Positions 33,468 through 37,892 of a stretch of 37,892 nucleotides of DNA are shown in pieces. The notes under the pieces are model-generated. The model saw nothing but the letters and a program-made list of their open reading frames with translations, was not told where the DNA came from and ran no database searches. The first letter of the stretch is position 1; every line of letters starts with the position of its first letter. This DNA comes from Thelocarpon superellum. Lineage: Eukaryota. The stretch lies in the NCBI GenBank assembly GCA_026025795.1, contig JAPEUG010000142.1, positions 1 to 37,892 on the forward strand, in the 5' to 3' direction. A program made the position numbers and the translations under genes.

Positions 33468-33837
33468 TGGACAATGTCCTTTGGAGAGGGTCCAAATGGC
33501 TGCAACGGTTCAAAAGGGCCCCCTCGGGACGACTGGACGACGACAATGACCATACCCGACGATCACGTACGAGCGCCATGAACGGGACTCACGGACTCAC
33601 GACGCCTCCATCTTTGTCATCTCTTGTATATTACAGCTTCATCATCGTCGTCGTCGTCATCACTGGCAATATCATTCCCCTCGTTGTTCGAATTTTCCCT
33701 TGTTACTTCTGTTCTTTTGTTTGACTTTCGTCCTTTGTCGCTTCCCCATTAACTTTCTCCCTTCTCTGAACTCTCCCTTCTTATTAATAATAAATTGGGC
33801 TTGCTTTTCTATCTTCTTGATCTTGGACTGATTTGCG

Positions 33838-33900
33838 TGACTTGACGTGATTTGATTTGATTTGATTTGATTCAACCTGACGTGACTGACGTGACGTGAT
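33838..33900. repeat. Pentamer repeat array: (TGATT)5 flanked by TGACG/TGACT units
   Basis: tgact tgacg tgatt x5 ... tgacg tgac tgacg tgacg tgat. Confidence 0.85.
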
Positions 33901-35535
33901 GAGATGGATTGACCCAGGCTTCTCCTTTATTCATCGTTGTCATTGTCGTCATTCCCCGGCGCGAGGGTCTGTTTGCTGGCATTGAATGCTACTACTCCTT
34001 GCCATACACCAACCTCTACCCTCTCCCCTCCATGAGCATAACTAAGGTTCTCCATCGGTATGATCACTACTGCCACGATACCAGCCGCTTCACACCAATC
34101 TATCCTTTGACACACTCTTTCTCCCCCTCCTCTCGCTCCTTGTCTCCAAATCCCCTCGCTTTTTCCATCCCACGTCTCTATGCAGCAGCGAGTATACGCG
34201 TGTGTATGCATGTACACATAAATGCAGCCATATCAATCGTCTAATACAAGAGGCAGATTTGGCCGGGAGAAGCAGTGAAGCAGGGCGACCGACAAGATGG
34301 AGCAAGTGACTAACTATTTGTCAAGCACGCCTACCCAAAACGAACAGCCATTTTCGCCTAAGCCGCCGTGTACCGACAAGACGACGGGCTGGCTACCACA
34401 TGATAAACAGTGTCTAGATCACCAAGTTAATCACCATCGAATGACTCCGGAGCCGACCGCTGAAAAGCGTAAAAAGGCACATATTTCTGCGCCTGTACAG
34501 ATCTCCCAATTGAAGGGAAACGGAATCCTTGGATTGACGTTGTATCGTGGCCACAAAACGGCGCCTCCCTACCGTTTCCAAATTCTACTGACTACATGAC
34601 TATAGCAACTGATAACGAAGAGTGGTCGCTGTAGTTCGTAGCCCATCCGGCATCGTTCCGTCGAGTTGATTCATTTCGTATGTCTAATATTTAATTGTTG
34701 ATTATTTAAATTATTTGATCTCTGCTGACACGGTCGTATCACGTGATGCCAATTCTGCATTCTCCGTCACTCGATCCCAAGCTCACCAATCATACCCGTA
34801 TCATCCTACGAGTCCCATAGTAGGTGGAAGCCATGCCCATCAGCCATTGAAATTCTGTTCGAATGAATAATATTACATTATGTTATGTGCTGGGTAATTA
34901 TTTCCCCTCACGGCCCCTCATTTCTCTGTCCCATTGGCCTCCGTACATCGTCAAGCCCTCATACTGCCTCTGTCCACAGAGCGATACGCCGCGAAGGGAA
35001 AGGTAAGATGCAGATTCGATGTCAGGAAAAGCGGATGACAGCGAGGGGGTACGTGCCTTCATCGACCGAAACGGTGGTATACTATTAACAAAGGAAAAGA
35101 GATCGACGACACGCCACCAAGAGGACGAGAATTGGAGGGAAGAAATCGTCGCGGTGATAAGCAAGAGAGACCAAGGAGAATGAGTGGGCGAGGGGAAGAA
35201 AGGTGGGAATATCGACGTCAACCAAAAATCAAAGCAGATCAGACCCGTGTGCTTTGCCACGCTGTGTGGTACAAGTTCCAAACCCAAATAAATCCCTAAC
35301 CATCCGTCCAACCCGGTGTAGTCGCAATCCCCTCCCTAAAACGCGCGTCCGTCCGTCCCTGCATAAGACGATTGTTTCGAGAGTTTTGGTGGTCGATCAA
35401 AGGCGTGTCCGAATCCAGGACCAAGGAAAGGTGAACGAAACACGACTTCAACATGTCGCTTTGTGCTCGTGCTCGAGCTCGTGCGGTGGTGCGTGTTTTC
35501 GTCCAGGTTCTTCTGTCTCCACGTTCCCCCCAACC

Positions 35536-37863
35536 TTAGCTATCAAAGTCTTCCGGTGTTTGGTTGGCAAACACGTAGTTCTTCTGTTTGGGTTGTGGCT
35601 GGGTTTGTGTCGACGGCGTTGGCTTTGACTGCGGCGGTGGCGGCGGCGGTTGGTTCTGCGTCGATGACACCGACGAGACCGCGCCCGAGGTATCCGTCGG
35701 GGACTGGTCGTGATAGAAGAACTCCGGAATGAATGTCGGCGTAGAAAGAGCATCATGACTCATGTCTTTAGGCTGCGGGTAGAACAGATCTTGTTGCAAG
35801 GGACTGGCCAAGTCTCCATCACCACAGCGGATCGGGGAAACGTAGACGGGTTGGGGCATGTGGATCTGCGGCGGGAACGGACTGAGCTGCGGCGAGATGA
35901 GCGCCTCGTCGGACAGGGAGCCATCGAAGGGGAGGAAGGTGTTGGACTGCGACGAGGGGTAATCCAGCACGGCGAAATTGTTCTGGTACGCCTGCAGACC
36001 CGGATAGTGTGGTGTCGTCGGAGGAGAGACCAGGTTGGGCTGGGTTTCGATGGTGGTGGGGACGAAGCAGCCGGGGTAGTCAGGACTGTAGATGAAGCCC
36101 GCGTCGCCATGACCTGCGCTGTGCGGCGTGTTTTGGTGGAACGACGCGACCTCCGACGGCGAAAGGGGGGTTGGTGGAGCTAAGCTGCCGCTGACCGACA
36201 ATGGCTCCGACAAGGCCGCGTCCGACACACTCGCATCTCGAGTGGTTGTCTCGTTCAGCGCGCCAGCTTCAGCAAACGTCTCGAAATTGAGCGGAGAGCG
36301 CTGGGCCGAGCCCGGGGCGCCTTTCTGCACCCGTCCCCGTAGCGTGTTGAGGTTGCCTCCGGTCGACTTGATTCGACGTACCGTCGGCTGCGGCCCCAGG
36401 AATGAGCTCTTCGCGTTCGGTGAGACTGGGAAGGAGCCCAAGTACGAGTGGCTGCGTAGTGCCGCACTGCCCAGCGCGGCCGGTCGCGGTCGTTTTCGTC
36501 GTGCAGCAATGTTGGTCGAGCCCGTGTTTCCTTCGACCGCGGGGGGGGACGTGCTCGGTGGCTGGAGGTCGATCGTCTTGATATCGTGAGTCGCAGTGGT
36601 GGGCGACAGATCGGATGTGGAGAACGTGCTCTGCGACAGTGAAGTCGGCTCTTCGGTCGGTGCCTCGCAGAATTGTGGCTCCTGGGCTTGCGCTTGCGAT
36701 TGAGCTTGCGGCTGAGGCTGCACCTGCGAGGAATGCAGCGGCAGTTGCGCGTGCATTTGCTGCCGCTGTTGGATGTGTGCAAGCTGTGAGGGGAAGACGG
36801 GAATGACGAAGGGGTTTTTCAGGTTGTTCGCGTCGATGGCATTGGAGAAGTTGGCGTGGATTTCGTGGAGATTGGATGGCTCCGAATGCTCCGGGATCGT
36901 TTGCTGCCTGGGCTGGGTATAGAAAGAAGAGAAGTCCAGCGGGTCGGCGTCGGATTGCTGAGCTGGAGTCCAGACCATGGATGAGTTCCTGCTACTGCCC
37001 CAGTCCGAGAAGGCGGATGTCGGCGCGTGGGCTGTAATCATGCTCTCGGCCGTGACCGAAGCGGATTGCATGATGCCCGAATCCGGAGGCAGCAGAACGT
37101 CGCCGCTCTGGCCAATCGAGTCATCGTACGCACCCTCGGCCATCGCGGCGGCTGCCGCGGCGAGTGACCTCGAGAGCGAGGCGTAGCTCGCCTCGGTGGA
37201 CGATCCGTACTGGGTCGAATGGAATGTCGTGTCGATGAGGCCAATCGAGGGGTCACCTGCCAAGGTCCCCATCGACTGGCCGTCCACGGACGGCCGCGGG
37301 GTTCGGTCCTGCTCGGTGGGGGGAAAGTGGGGAGGGACGAAGAAAGTATTGGACGATGATTGCTCAGCCTGGGCTTGCCGATTGGCAGCCGCCTGGAGGT
37401 TTTGCAGGGCTTCGTGCTCCTCCTGGCGCTTCTGCTGCTTTGCTTTGGCTCGACGGTTCTGGAACCAATTCTACAGGATCTGGTCAGCGTCGGCCCAGGT
37501 GGATGTGGGGAGGAGACGTACGGCTACCCGCTGCAGCGAGAGTCCCGTCTGCTCGGCGAGTTCGCGTTTGATGCCAGTGTTGGGCTTGTAGTGAAGCTCA
37601 AATTCCCGCTCAAGTAAGGCCGCTTGCTCCGGGGTGAGACGCGCTCGCGACGACATGTCTCCATCGTCGACCTCAGATGATGGTTCCGGCACCATCTTGT
37701 CACTGGTTCTTGACAAGGTCATCTTCTCGAGACGGATTTCTCCTCGCGGGTGGCCTCGGGTTGACGCGTTGGTTGAATCGAGACCATCGGACCCGCCCGG
37801 GCCGCAGTGTGGGTCCGACTTGCTGTCCCGATAGGTGGGAGCGTGATAGTGGACGAAATCCAT
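35536..37863 (-). CDS. Homeobox transcription factor resembling the Pah1/HbxA(Hbx1)/Htf1 developmental regulators, about 758 aa. Exons 37863-37522, 37470-35536; the frame is open to the window edge, so the start could lie further upstream
   Basis: Homeodomain RARLTPEQAALLEREFELHYKPNTGIKRELAEQTGLSLQRVA|NWFQNRRAKAKQQKRQEE, split by intron 37521-37471 (GTACGT..GCTGAC..TAG). Downstream motifs IAARRKRPRPAALG, VRRIKSTG and SAQRSPLNF are ones I recall from this subfamily. Orthology is inferred. Confidence 0.88.
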
Positions 37864-37892
37864 GCACGCGGGTGATGGAGAGCAGCGATACT

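Noticed and set aside
34297..34599. 100-aa ATG ORF (MEQVTNYLSS...) in the RSC7/homeobox gap
   Set aside because: No recognisable motif, and its codons lack the strong GC3 bias of the real genes here.
1..37892. Prokaryote-type systems (CRISPR, operons, IS elements), secondary-metabolite cluster, intact transposon
   Set aside because: The genes are intron-containing fungal housekeeping genes. I saw no repeat-spacer array and no transposase, reverse transcriptase, PKS or NRPS motifs.

Overview
GC-rich eukaryotic genomic DNA from a filamentous ascomycete (Pezizomycotina; class cannot be fixed from this window). I reconstructed 10 protein-coding genes by hand, with 30 short GT-AG introns (mostly 45-70 nt, CTRAC/CTAAT-type branch points). 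In order: Mdm1/SNX13-like PXA-RGS-PX sorting nexin (-), an 89-aa Q/G-rich microprotein (+), PEX20 (-), SEC13 (+), an F-box protein (-), a 1122-aa uncharacterised S/P/R-rich protein (-), GCN20/ABCF3 (+), DIS3/RRP44 (-), RSC7/NPL6-like chromatin remodelling subunit (+) and a Pah1/HbxA-type homeobox factor (-). Two long divergent spacers (about 15.6-19.7 kb and 25.9-31.1 kb) contain microsatellites but no convincing gene. I found no tRNA, rRNA, CRISPR array or intact transposon. This is mostly a housekeeping neighbourhood, and I cannot support a wholly new multi-gene system. The best leads are G-rich, G-quadruplex-capable repeats starting right at several stop codons, a shared ATCTGATAAGAT promoter motif, the hidden microprotein, the uncharacterised proteins and several splicing oddities. 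Family assignments come from motif recognition; no database searches were run.
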